From a virus, in IMG/VR virus record IMGVR_UViG_3300045988_041301, positions 1 through 49,492 of that record: DNA of 49,492 bases, one strand, 5' to 3'. Below the pieces are notes generated by a model. That model saw nothing but the letters and a program-made list of their open reading frames with translations, ran no database searches and was not told the DNA's origin. Below, one piece after another: positions 27,532 through 36,000 of the stretch. A program made the translations under genes and the position numbers. Positions within the stretch are counted from its first letter, which is position 1. Each line of letters begins with the position of its first letter.

Positions 27532-27705
27532 TTAGATATATTCTTCGATCAGCCAGCGCAGCATTTCCACCAGGTCTTCCTTCTTCACGTTCTTCGGTAC
27601 CCGGTCAAGCTCTATGATGTCCTGGATTGCTGTCAGCTTATCTTCCACTTCGGTTTCCTCGCTATGTATGTCTTTCGCGATCTCAATAGCTTTCTTTATC
27701 ACCAT
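27532..27705 (-). CDS. Hypothetical small protein
   Basis: The internal ATG at 27705 has an AGGAGGG RBS, giving 57 aa. Confidence 0.45.
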   Translation of the reverse strand: MVIKKAIEIAKDIHSEETEVEDKLTAIQDIIELDRVPKNVKKEDLVEMLRWLIEEYI

Positions 27706-27919
27706 CGTCTTTTCCCTCCTGGCTCGATTCTTTCTGAAGCTGCAGCTTTTCAGCTCTTCTTTTTTCTTTTGCTTCAATCTTTCTTTTCATCATGGATTCC
27801 TTTCTGATCAGGATCCTTTCTTCGGTTCTGTGTATGTCTTTGATACAGTCTGTGATCGCTGAAGCGATAAATCCTACGGTGATCGATACGATTATGACTG
27901 TGAATATGTCCTGCGGCAT
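27683..27919 (-). CDS. Small membrane protein
   Basis: 78 aa with an N-terminal TM helix (IFTVIIVSITVGFIASAI) and a Lys/Glu-rich tail. Confidence 0.45.
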   Translation of the reverse strand: MPQDIFTVIIVSITVGFIASAITDCIKDIHRTEERILIRKESMMKRKIEAKEKRRAEKLQLQKESSQEGKDDGDKESY

Positions 27920-28467
27920 TTCATTTCCTCCTGTTCTTTTCTAACCATTTCCATTGTTGGCGGCAGCATGGATGTAAATTCCCACGTGCCGTTCTTCTCT
28001 CTTATCCATATCTGACAGCTTTCGCTCCAGTAAAATTCCGGAAGCAGGGAGCATCGGATCCGGCCATCCGGTTCCTTTTGGCACTTTGATACCCAGTACG
28101 GAGCGTATGCCTGGTACCAGGCCGGGAAGTGCAGCCTCTTGACTGCGATGTCCAGAAACTTTTCCGGATCATATTCCTGGAATATTGCTCTGCGAAGTTC
28201 CTTTCCTATTCCGGCTTTTCCCTCTGCATCGATGATCTGATTTATCCGGTCAGACAGCTCTTTTCTTTCTGCGATATCGACGGTCATGGTAAACATTCCG
28301 TCGCAGATGATCTCTCTTAAGATATCGGCCGCCATTTCGTACAAATCTGAAATCAGTTTGTTATATCCCTTTGCATATTTTGTCTTTAACTCTTGCAAGG
28401 GCACATTTTCCCTGTTTTTACGGTATATTCGGAGCTTTTCGGTGAATTCTTGCCATGTACATTTCAT
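27892..28467 (-). CDS. Hypothetical protein (first gene downstream of the origin)
   Basis: 191 aa ORF. Confidence 0.55.
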   Translation of the reverse strand: MKCTWQEFTEKLRIYRKNRENVPLQELKTKYAKGYNKLISDLYEMAADILREIICDGMFTMTVDIAERKELSDRINQIIDAEGKAGIGKELRRAIFQEYDPEKFLDIAVKRLHFPAWYQAYAPYWVSKCQKEPDGRIRCSLLPEFYWSESCQIWIREKNGTWEFTSMLPPTMEMVRKEQEEMKCRRTYSQS

Positions 28468-28471
28468 TTTT

Positions 28472-28761
28472 GTTACTCCTTTTGATTTTAAAAAGGAGTA
28501 ACACGAAAACCCTTGATTTTACTAGGGTTCCGGGCATTGTTACTCCTGTTACTCCTTTTTTTAAATACACAATGATTTTTTTAAGAATTTGTACCCTGTG
28601 TACCGTTTTTTGGTACAAATGGTACAAATTTCTATAAAAACACTATATATCTCTATTTTAGGAGTAACAGGAGTAACATACCCTCTAAAGCCGCATAAAT
28701 ACTGGCTTTTTTTGTTACTCCTTTTGTTACTCCAATGTTACTCCTTTTTAAAAGGAGTAAC
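28472..28761. repeat. Iteron array: 10 copies of GTTACTCC/GGAGTAAC, candidate origin of replication
   Basis: Direct copies start at 28472, 28539, 28548, 28714, 28726 and 28737. Inverted copies start at 28495, 28661, 28670 and 28754. The array fills the intergenic gap just downstream of the primase-helicase gene, and an AT-rich segment lies in the middle. Confidence 0.7.
28588..28628. repeat. Paired inverted repeat TTTGTACC/TGTGTACC - T6 - GGTACAAA x2 at the centre of the iteron array
   Basis: The sequence tttgtaccctgtgtaccgttttttggtacaaatggtacaaa was read directly. It is symmetric around a T-run. Confidence 0.55.
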
Positions 28762-28770
28762 ATTTCGGAG

Positions 28771-31512
28771 CTAATTGAATGGGAGATCGTAGTCCTCGGA
28801 CACCGGCATGAACCCGTCTTTATCCGTCAGACTTTCCTGTTTATACTGCTGTTTTTTTTCTGCCGGCTTTGCTGGCTTTTCTTCTTCCTCATCGTCAATG
28901 TCCACTGCATCTTCTTTTTCAGAGAGCTTTCCGACGAAGAATTCTACAAACTTGCAGAGCCGGTTATCGAACCGCTTCACGACCTGGTAGGTCTTCCCTT
29001 TATGATCAGAGCGTTCCTGCGATGTGATCAGTCCGTTGTCGGCCATGTACTTCAGGGTCTTTCTGGCACTGTATCCTGCTTTCGTGAGTGCCTGGTTCAG
29101 GGCCGATGGGAATATGTACGCGGTATTCCCGGATTCTGAAAAAGTCCCCAGGCAGGTGCCGATGGCTTTCTCTCCGAAGTAGAGCCGGTTCTGCAGAACC
29201 CAGTCCACAACAAACTGGACTGCATTCTCATTGACATCTCCGACGTCTGCGTTCATCTGCTCCTGGAGGATCGCTGCTGCCATCTGCTTTGCTCTTTCCC
29301 AGGAATCGTTCCGGATGTTCAGGTTCGCTTCTGTTCCCTGGCTGCTTTGCTCCGGCGCATCTGCATCCCGAAAGAACCAGGTATCAATCATGGCGTCTGC
29401 CAGGGCTACTGCGCTGACACCGGCCACATGGCTTCCTGATTTCCCATTCGCGACACCGGAGACGAACTTCACCATTTCTTCGTACTTTTCGCAGATAGAC
29501 CGCTCTGAGACGCTTATCACATGTTCGATGAATTCCGGTCCAGCCCATCCGCAGTTTGTTCCTGCGTCCTGATGCATCTTGCTAGCCGCCTTCTCATCAT
29601 TGAATGGTCCGCCGTAGATTTCCAGAACACGAGTGCTGACGCCGGTCTGCGAGGTTTCTGTCGATAGTGGTTCTTCTCCTGTAGCCAGGGCTACTGTTCG
29701 CCACTGGTGCGTAGTCTGAAGGCCGCCACCCTTGCTTCCTCTGATTTTTCCAGTGCCGGATGCGATCATGTAGATGGTCTTCTCCAGCCCTTCCTGGTTC
29801 CTTCCGGCCAGCTGTCTCTCGTCGATTCCAAGCGGAAGATCACAGAAGAAGCTCGCAGTTCTTTCCAGGCCGACCTGAGTTGCGTTGAAATTGACCATCA
29901 ATCTTTCCGGGTCGCCCCAGGCGGACAGTGCAGCCTTAAGTGCTGCAGTCTTTCCACCTTTAGAACCTCCCCAGTTGTATACGAAGAAGATTCTCTGTTT
30001 CAGGATCCGAAGGAGCGGAGCTGCGAAGCTGGCCGCCAGGATGAATCTGAACTTGTCCCTGTCTCTGTGCGGTCTCATGGTTTCCACCCACTTCTCCATT
30101 TCGCCGGCCTGACAGTATGCCATGGCTGTTCCCTTCTGGCTTGGATCAATGTCCAGAACGATTCCCTGTTCCCTTCCTGGGATGAACCGTTTCCCTGGCT
30201 GCCATCCGAATGTGGACGTTGCATCTGCCTTTGTGATGATGTCGATATTCTCTGCTTCCAGTGCGGCCAGGAACCGGACGACCTGCTTTGCGTTCTCTGA
30301 TGTAACTGTACATCCAAGATCGGCCAGTGTAGTGATCCCTCTTGCAGTGAATATAGTTGATCGCGGGAAGATGGCCCTGTGCCAGGTTCCATCTCTCTTA
30401 AATGCGATCTCTATCTTTTCCTCTCCGGATTCTATGCTTCTGAGACGCTGGGTTAATATGATCGGGGTTCTGCAGACCATCTTCGGCGTATATTGTTTTT
30501 CGTCTATGTGGCTGATCCCCTTATCTGAATATATCCAGCTTTCCGGCTGTCTTAAATTCACCGGGGCACCCTGGATTGCTTCCGGGATTTCCTCCGGAGC
30601 ATCGAGGTCAATCTTTTCTGCGTTCTGGATCAGCTTCAGGATCTTCTTCTGCGCTTCCTCTTTTCCGAACTTCACATAAACGTCCGACGGGTCCTTGCAT
30701 CCCTGGATCCTGCTGCAGGAAAAGCGGTACACCTCTCCGATGAATCCGCCCTCTCTTAATCCCGCCAGCATTTTTCTGAGGAACGTTTCGCCGCCCTGAT
30801 CCGGTTCTACATGCAGGTAAATCTTCAAGTCCTGGAGTATTCCGGCCTGGTGCGGCTTAAACATCGAGGCTCCGGGAACTCCCAGACAGCTGATTCCCAT
30901 GTACCACATTGACTGTGAATCGCTCTCACCTTCCACCATGGCTGCATATCCTACACTTCTGATTTCCGGAAGTCTCCATTCTCCGTACAAGCCGATTTTT
31001 CCGGAAGAACCATATTTCCATCTGAAATCCTTGTGTGCGAAGCGCTTCCGGTACGTGGATTCCTTCCGGTTCTCATCCAGGTATGGGATCTTCATGTAGG
31101 AAGCTCCGGTCCTTTTGTCCTTGATGGTGCTTAAGAAGCACTCACTGGCCAGCCAGTCTTCTGGCAGCTTCTTCTCGAAGGCATACTGGGTCAGGCTGTA
31201 GCTTTTTTTCTGCGCTTCCAGCTTCTTTTGTTCTCCGGTCTCAACTCCATACTTCTCCAGAATCTTTGCATAGGCTTCCTTGGTATCGCAGCCATTTAAC
31301 TCTGCATAGAAGTCCAGGAAGTTTCCGCCTCTGTCTTCAGCGAAACAGTGCCACTGTCCGGTCTTTAAATTCACCGAGAAGCTGTTATTGCTGTCGTCAT
31401 GGAAAGGGCAGAGACCTATCAACTGATCGCCAGTGATCTTTGCTTTCTTGATAACGCCGTATTCACTTCTGTAATCGACTATGCTGTCGAGGTCCGCCGT
31501 TTCCGTATTCAT
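28771..31512 (-). CDS. Bifunctional DNA primase (CHC2 zinc finger/Toprim) and SF3 (D5/P4-alpha-like) helicase
   Basis: The zf-CHC2 motif is CPFHDDSNNSFSVNLKTGQWHCF and the Walker A motif is NWGGSKGGKTAALKAAL. 913 aa. The C-terminus is DGFMPVSEDYDLPFN. Confidence 0.9.
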   Translation of the reverse strand: MNTETADLDSIVDYRSEYGVIKKAKITGDQLIGLCPFHDDSNNSFSVNLKTGQWHCFAEDRGGNFLDFYAELNGCDTKEAYAKILEKYGVETGEQKKLEAQKKSYSLTQYAFEKKLPEDWLASECFLSTIKDKRTGASYMKIPYLDENRKESTYRKRFAHKDFRWKYGSSGKIGLYGEWRLPEIRSVGYAAMVEGESDSQSMWYMGISCLGVPGASMFKPHQAGILQDLKIYLHVEPDQGGETFLRKMLAGLREGGFIGEVYRFSCSRIQGCKDPSDVYVKFGKEEAQKKILKLIQNAEKIDLDAPEEIPEAIQGAPVNLRQPESWIYSDKGISHIDEKQYTPKMVCRTPIILTQRLRSIESGEEKIEIAFKRDGTWHRAIFPRSTIFTARGITTLADLGCTVTSENAKQVVRFLAALEAENIDIITKADATSTFGWQPGKRFIPGREQGIVLDIDPSQKGTAMAYCQAGEMEKWVETMRPHRDRDKFRFILAASFAAPLLRILKQRIFFVYNWGGSKGGKTAALKAALSAWGDPERLMVNFNATQVGLERTASFFCDLPLGIDERQLAGRNQEGLEKTIYMIASGTGKIRGSKGGGLQTTHQWRTVALATGEEPLSTETSQTGVSTRVLEIYGGPFNDEKAASKMHQDAGTNCGWAGPEFIEHVISVSERSICEKYEEMVKFVSGVANGKSGSHVAGVSAVALADAMIDTWFFRDADAPEQSSQGTEANLNIRNDSWERAKQMAAAILQEQMNADVGDVNENAVQFVVDWVLQNRLYFGEKAIGTCLGTFSESGNTAYIFPSALNQALTKAGYSARKTLKYMADNGLITSQERSDHKGKTYQVVKRFDNRLCKFVEFFVGKLSEKEDAVDIDDEEEEKPAKPAEKKQQYKQESLTDKDGFMPVSEDYDLPFN

Positions 31513-31563
31513 GTTGCCCTCCTATGAATTGAGGGGGATGGGGCAAAGCCCCCCCCCTGTTGT

Positions 31564-32403
31564 TTACTGGTTAAAAGGTAAATCTTCTGTGATCGCGTCA
31601 TCCACGCTCATGAATCCGTCCCGATCCACCGGTGCGGAACTGCTGCCGGACTGGTTGTAATCATCTGAAGTGATCGCTACGTCCTTGTACTTTTCCTTCA
31701 GCTCTTTTCTCATGGCTGAGGTTGTTGGCCAGGCTTCCTTGGGAAGTGTGCCGGCTTTCTCGATGACAACCTTGCTGTATTTGATTCCGCCACGGTTTAC
31801 TGCAGTCTCCAGTTTCAGGTGGACCACCATCTTGCTGTATGGGATCTTCTGAATTCCCATGATTTTGGCCAGCTGCTTATTTACATCCTTGATAGATGTT
31901 GGCGGAACGCTGAGAAGATAAACGCCCGGTTTCCCGGAAATGAGAAGGTACAGGCGGCGGATATTCTTACATTGTTTCCCGGATCCGTCGTCTGCGTACT
32001 GGTTCAGAGGGCAGTTCTCGCAACTCTTGACTTCGCCGGTATCCAGGTCGACTCCTGTCTTTCCGTCCATGCTGCTGCACTTCGGAAGGTTCGGAGAGCC
32101 ATCTTCCGCGGTAGCTCCGAACTCTCCCTCCCAGTAAGAGTTCATTCTATGTGTGAAAATGATCACTGCCTCGATCTCTTTTTCGATGTCGGGATCGTCC
32201 GGATCATCGCTTTCGACCTCATACGCTTTGCCGCCTCCGGACGGAATCTTGATGTGTCTACAAGAGATTCCTTTCACAGCGTCCAGGTCGTCCATTTCAT
32301 CTTCCAGCTCAGCCAGGAGTTCTTCGTCCAGGCCTTCCATGCCTGTCACGATCTGAAATGTATCAACAGTTGCCAGTGCTGTGTTTTTCTTTTCTGCTGC
32401 CAT
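31564..32403 (-). CDS. Replication/recombination-module protein with a Cys cluster and an SSB-like acidic C-terminal tip
   Basis: 279 aa with an acidic N-terminus, the cluster CSSMDG...CENCP...GKQCKN and the C-terminus DGFMSVDDAITEDLPFNQ. Confidence 0.55.
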   Translation of the reverse strand: MAAEKKNTALATVDTFQIVTGMEGLDEELLAELEDEMDDLDAVKGISCRHIKIPSGGGKAYEVESDDPDDPDIEKEIEAVIIFTHRMNSYWEGEFGATAEDGSPNLPKCSSMDGKTGVDLDTGEVKSCENCPLNQYADDGSGKQCKNIRRLYLLISGKPGVYLLSVPPTSIKDVNKQLAKIMGIQKIPYSKMVVHLKLETAVNRGGIKYSKVVIEKAGTLPKEAWPTTSAMRKELKEKYKDVAITSDDYNQSGSSSAPVDRDGFMSVDDAITEDLPFNQ

Positions 32404-32672
32404 TACTCATCATCCTCCACTTTCTTGAATTTAATATCCCCGACCACCTGGCACTTATCTACAGAGCTCAGACGGTACTGGTTCAGGTATACTTTGTCTA
32501 CGGTGCTGGTCACCAGGTACTGTCCCTTCGTTCCTCTGAAGACGCAGAGGACATTCTCAGTTTTCTCAGCTTTCTTGATATTGAGAAGCAGAAGGTCTCC
32601 TTCGTGAATCGCATTCCCGAAGCTGTCAGTAAACTCCTGAATCACCTGCTGCTTTACATTAATTCCCGCCAT
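32403..32672 (-). CDS. Hypothetical protein
   Basis: 89 aa; its stop abuts the next start. Confidence 0.5.
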   Translation of the reverse strand: MAGINVKQQVIQEFTDSFGNAIHEGDLLLLNIKKAEKTENVLCVFRGTKGQYLVTSTVDKVYLNQYRLSSVDKCQVVGDIKFKKVEDDE

Positions 32673-32979
32673 GGATGTCTTCTCCTTTCAGTTCGTTCAG
32701 TCTTCCGTCAAGTACCGCCACTGCCTGTTCCAGAATGATTCGTTCAAGTATGGGATCGCCATCACACATTTCTTTCGTCACAAGCATGACACTGGTTCCC
32801 ATTGGGGTACCCATAAAAATTGGATTAACATGGCCAGTGAAGAAACTCTTGCAGGCGATGCCATGATCTCTTCCTTCTGATACTTCCGTTACAGCGCATC
32901 CATACACTGCATGGCTTTCTACTGTCTCTACTTTTCCATCTGCACATGTGATCGCTACTTTTACATTATCATTCGACAT
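32659..32979 (-). CDS. Hypothetical protein
   Basis: The internal ATG at 32979 has an AGGAGG RBS 9 nt upstream, giving 106 aa. Confidence 0.5.
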   Translation of the reverse strand: MSNDNVKVAITCADGKVETVESHAVYGCAVTEVSEGRDHGIACKSFFTGHVNPIFMGTPMGTSVMLVTKEMCDGDPILERIILEQAVAVLDGRLNELKGEDIHGGN

Positions 32980-33439
32980 CTTTCTCTTCCTCCTGTGCTT
33001 CTTCCAGATCCTGTTCTGCTGCTTCTTCAAATTCTCCATCCTGTTCATTCAGGTAGTCCTCGATCGGGGTGGTCTCGCTCTGAGCTACAGTGTAAAGGTC
33101 ATTCATGACCTTATCTGCATTGGCTGCCAGCTTCACTGCCTCGAAGGCGACTTCGATAGCTGAGTTCTTCAGACTGCTGGCCGCGCTGATCGCCTCACCG
33201 CTTCCTGCCGGAAGGATACGGAGAAAGAGCTTCATGTCATCGCTGACTTTCTTCATCGCAGAATCCAGGGCTACTTTGCCCTCAGCGGCGATTCCGTATC
33301 CTTCATGGTTACTTTCTACGGTCTTGCGGTTTTCAGCGGCTACCTGGCGGCAGGCAAACTCTACGGCAATGCCTACGTTGTCCTTCAGCTCCCGGTCTCC
33401 GGAAAGCGTTACATCAAATTCCATCTGTTCATATCCCAT
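32969..33439 (-). CDS. Hypothetical protein with strongly acidic C-terminal tail
   Basis: 156 aa, ending EEAAEQDLEEAQEEEKDVE. Confidence 0.5.
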   Translation of the reverse strand: MGYEQMEFDVTLSGDRELKDNVGIAVEFACRQVAAENRKTVESNHEGYGIAAEGKVALDSAMKKVSDDMKLFLRILPAGSGEAISAASSLKNSAIEVAFEAVKLAANADKVMNDLYTVAQSETTPIEDYLNEQDGEFEEAAEQDLEEAQEEEKDVE

Positions 33440-33440
33440 T

Positions 33441-33890
33441 TTATTTTCCTCCCTTGGCTTTCTTTAAAGCACTGCTTGTCTGCTTTCTTCTTAAGATATC
33501 TGTCTGATCATACTGACTGATCACTTCGGCCAGCTCCGGAGGGAGTTCTCCTTCCTTTGCCACGAGCTCTTTCATGGCGCTCTGAAGAGATCTAGGATTG
33601 ACCGTCTCTTTGATCAGTTCCCCGAATCCCTGTTCTCTTAAGACCTCGAAGAAGTCCAATCCGCCTGCTGCCAGGTCAGCCTCTGATTTCTTCGAGAACT
33701 GGTTCTTGATCTGAAGGCTGAACATGTAATCACCGGATGCGATGCGCGGACAGTCATCATCAATCATCTGCTGCGCGATCTCCTGCTTCATCGCTTCGAT
33801 CAACTCGTTGTTTTCCTTTGTGGCTTCTGCCAGGGACTCCTTTTTCTCCAGGAGCTCCTGGTAATCATTCACCATGTCAATAAGTGCCAT
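33441..33890 (-). CDS. Coiled-coil protein (Siphovirus Gp157-like candidate)
   Basis: The start is ATG 33890 (GAGAGGA RBS). MALIDMVNDYQELLEKKESL and the length (149 aa) resemble the Gp157 family. Confidence 0.4.
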   Translation of the reverse strand: MALIDMVNDYQELLEKKESLAEATKENNELIEAMKQEIAQQMIDDDCPRIASGDYMFSLQIKNQFSKKSEADLAAGGLDFFEVLREQGFGELIKETVNPRSLQSAMKELVAKEGELPPELAEVISQYDQTDILRRKQTSSALKKAKGGK

Positions 33891-34104
33891 CGTCTTTTTC
33901 CTCTCTTTCTTGGATGTTATATTCTTCAACTGTCGGCCGCGGGCCGTCCAGGTCATCCCATTCATACAGTGCTTTATTCTCATCCTGCCAGTTTGCTCGA
34001 TAGCAATTTCTGCAGGTGCACTTTCCCGATAACCACCGCATCTCTCCCCAGTATTCTGGTCGATTGCACTGCTTGCAGATCACGATTTTATCCATGGTGA
34101 TCAC
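33877..34104 (-). CDS. Small zinc-ribbon protein
   Basis: 75 aa with CKQC...CTCRNC motifs. Confidence 0.5.
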   Translation of the reverse strand: MITMDKIVICKQCNRPEYWGEMRWLSGKCTCRNCYRANWQDENKALYEWDDLDGPRPTVEEYNIQEREEKDDGTY

Positions 34105-35243
34105 TCCAATTCATCGATGAGATTTCTTATTTCCATTCGCGCTTCGTCTCGGATGTCTTCCGCGTATACGTCGTACCAGCGATTGAATTTATCTTTCAAA
34201 GTCATAACGTTGGCGCATGGGATTTCTGTAAGCGCTTTGATGCGCTTGTCTTTTTCTTTCTTGAGCAGCTTCGCCACGCCTGCTGGAACGACTACTGGAT
34301 TCCCTCCGTATGCCTTAACTTTTCTTATATCCTCCTGCGAATCTACCGGCACAGAGTATGGCTGCGGGTTTTGTGTATCGAATGATTCTATCAGCATTTC
34401 CTGAACTTTTTTCACGTCGTCACTGTAGGCATTGAACTCGAAATGGTACACGTCGTCGGCTCTTTCCTCGACCATCCTCCGCACTTTTTCCATCGGAATG
34501 TCTCCCTTTACCATTGCCTCTGCAATCATGAGCGATGTTGTATCTTCAACATTCCATGTGTCGCAGGTTTTTCTATCGCGCTCCAGGCGTATGTATTTTG
34601 GCTTAAAATTGTAACCGTATTTCAGATCGCTATTACAGTCCACGAATAAGCCATTGACGTACACTTCTCCGGCATATGCTTCGTCCAAGATGATTTCTCC
34701 ATACTTCGTTTCCGCTTTGCTGTAGTCACAATCGTCCAAGTGGAGCCATACCTTGTATAAATCATTAAATTCTCCCTGCGTGACATTGCCTACTTCGATG
34801 CATAAGCCGTGGTCATCCGTTTTTTGTTTGCTGACGTAAAAGCAGAGGATTTTTTCCAACCATTTCTCTGAATTTTTGAATCGGGATTCCCAGACCTCAT
34901 TTTTTTCATTGTTGTAAATCGTGAAGGTCTTCCCTAGTCTATTCAGAACCAATGCGGCGATTTTATAGCCTTCTCCGAACTGTCCGACCGTGTCCTCGTT
35001 ATTCGCCTTGCTGCTTCTTCCTAAAAGCAAGGTATTTATTTTAAGAACAGACTTCCGGTTCTTGAGCCGGAGCACTTTTTCCTTTGGGCTGTAGTCGATC
35101 TGGAATTCGTTATCTGGATCCAGCACCTCCTGATCAGTGCCGTTCTGTATCAACTCCCTGAGAGCATCGTTAAAATTCCAATCCGATACATAGTTTGGTG
35201 TCAGCGTTAATTCGTAGCTGTTTATCGCTGTCTCATCTTTCAT
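34101..35243 (-). CDS. GHKL (Hsp90/MORC-like) ATPase-fold protein
   Basis: The N-box is ALRELIQNGTDQ and the G2 box is VGQFGEGYKIA. I see no clear DxGxG G1 box between them. Confidence 0.6.
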   Translation of the reverse strand: MKDETAINSYELTLTPNYVSDWNFNDALRELIQNGTDQEVLDPDNEFQIDYSPKEKVLRLKNRKSVLKINTLLLGRSSKANNEDTVGQFGEGYKIAALVLNRLGKTFTIYNNEKNEVWESRFKNSEKWLEKILCFYVSKQKTDDHGLCIEVGNVTQGEFNDLYKVWLHLDDCDYSKAETKYGEIILDEAYAGEVYVNGLFVDCNSDLKYGYNFKPKYIRLERDRKTCDTWNVEDTTSLMIAEAMVKGDIPMEKVRRMVEERADDVYHFEFNAYSDDVKKVQEMLIESFDTQNPQPYSVPVDSQEDIRKVKAYGGNPVVVPAGVAKLLKKEKDKRIKALTEIPCANVMTLKDKFNRWYDVYAEDIRDEARMEIRNLIDELE

Positions 35244-35286
35244 TTAGTTTCCCTCCTTCTCCTGAACGCTCCATCTGGGCACCTCC

Positions 35287-35475
35287 TTAGCTTCCGTCAA
35301 AGTTCGGAATAAATCTCTCATCCAGTTTCTTTCCGCACTTTGTGCAGACTTTATACTGCGTCTCGCCGCTCAGGTTGTAGAACGGCTCTTGTCTTCTGAA
35401 CCACTCGCCATGGTGTCTGCAGAATAGCTGCGCGATCCACGGCTTTGGATTATTTACTCTGCTTTCCTGTTTCAT
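35287..35475 (-). CDS. Small Cys/His zinc-ribbon-like protein
   Basis: The start is ATG 35475 with a GGAGAAGGAGG RBS. Contains CRHH...CTKCGKK. Confidence 0.45.
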   Translation of the reverse strand: MKQESRVNNPKPWIAQLFCRHHGEWFRRQEPFYNLSGETQYKVCTKCGKKLDERFIPNFDGS

Positions 35476-35824
35476 TGCCTTTCCTCCTTCTCCTGAACGC
35501 TGCAGGTTTTCGATGCATCGGCAGGCCATGCATCTTGCGCCAGTTGTTTGTTAGGTGTCGCAGCGGCTCAGGTTTCTGCGCCAGGGCTTTCGCGATTGAG
35601 CATGCTGCTTCATCTGTACTCAATCCACACGCCGCCAATGATTGAATCAACTGTTGCATTGGTTCCGGTTCCGGATGTTCTGGTTCGAAGCTCTTTTCGT
35701 ATTCCTTTAGTTGCTCCGCCTTGGCATCCAGCGTCGCGACTATGCTGGATGCCACCTTCTCGTCCGCGGCCTTTACTGATCTGAATGCCTGAGCTATCTT
35801 GCGGCCGATTTCTTTTAATATCAT
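35450..35824 (-). CDS. Hypothetical protein, paralog B with C-terminal NNWRKMHGLPMHRK motif
   Basis: 124 aa with an ATGA overlap with the upstream ORF. Confidence 0.5.
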   Translation of the reverse strand: MILKEIGRKIAQAFRSVKAADEKVASSIVATLDAKAEQLKEYEKSFEPEHPEPEPMQQLIQSLAACGLSTDEAACSIAKALAQKPEPLRHLTNNWRKMHGLPMHRKPAAFRRRRKGNETGKQSK

Positions 35825-35979
35825 GACCGAACTCCTTTCGTGAAGCGATTGTTCGGCTCATATTTCAGCTCTATGGATCTCACTTCTCCATCGTCGTCTG
35901 TGTGAACCTTCATGTCCGTGAGGTTCAGTTCCTCTACGACGTCTTTCAGTGGCTTCGTATATACGTCATTCAGTTTCAT
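35821..35979 (-). CDS. Hypothetical small protein (52 aa, below the track cutoff)
   Basis: A GGAGGGAG RBS lies 6 nt before ATG 35979. The sequence starts MKLNDVYTKPLKDVVEELNLTDMKVHTDDDGEV... and its stop overlaps the next ATG. Confidence 0.45.
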   Translation of the reverse strand: MKLNDVYTKPLKDVVEELNLTDMKVHTDDDGEVRSIELKYEPNNRFTKGVRS

Positions 35980-36000
35980 TTTCTCTCCCTCCTGCAGGTT

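Noticed and set aside
28418-28774. Three ORFs (69, 60 and 61 aa) crossing the primase-proximal intergenic region
   Set aside because: Their translations are repeats of the GTTACTCC/GGAGTAAC iterons (VTPVTP, LLLLL). The region is better explained as an origin.
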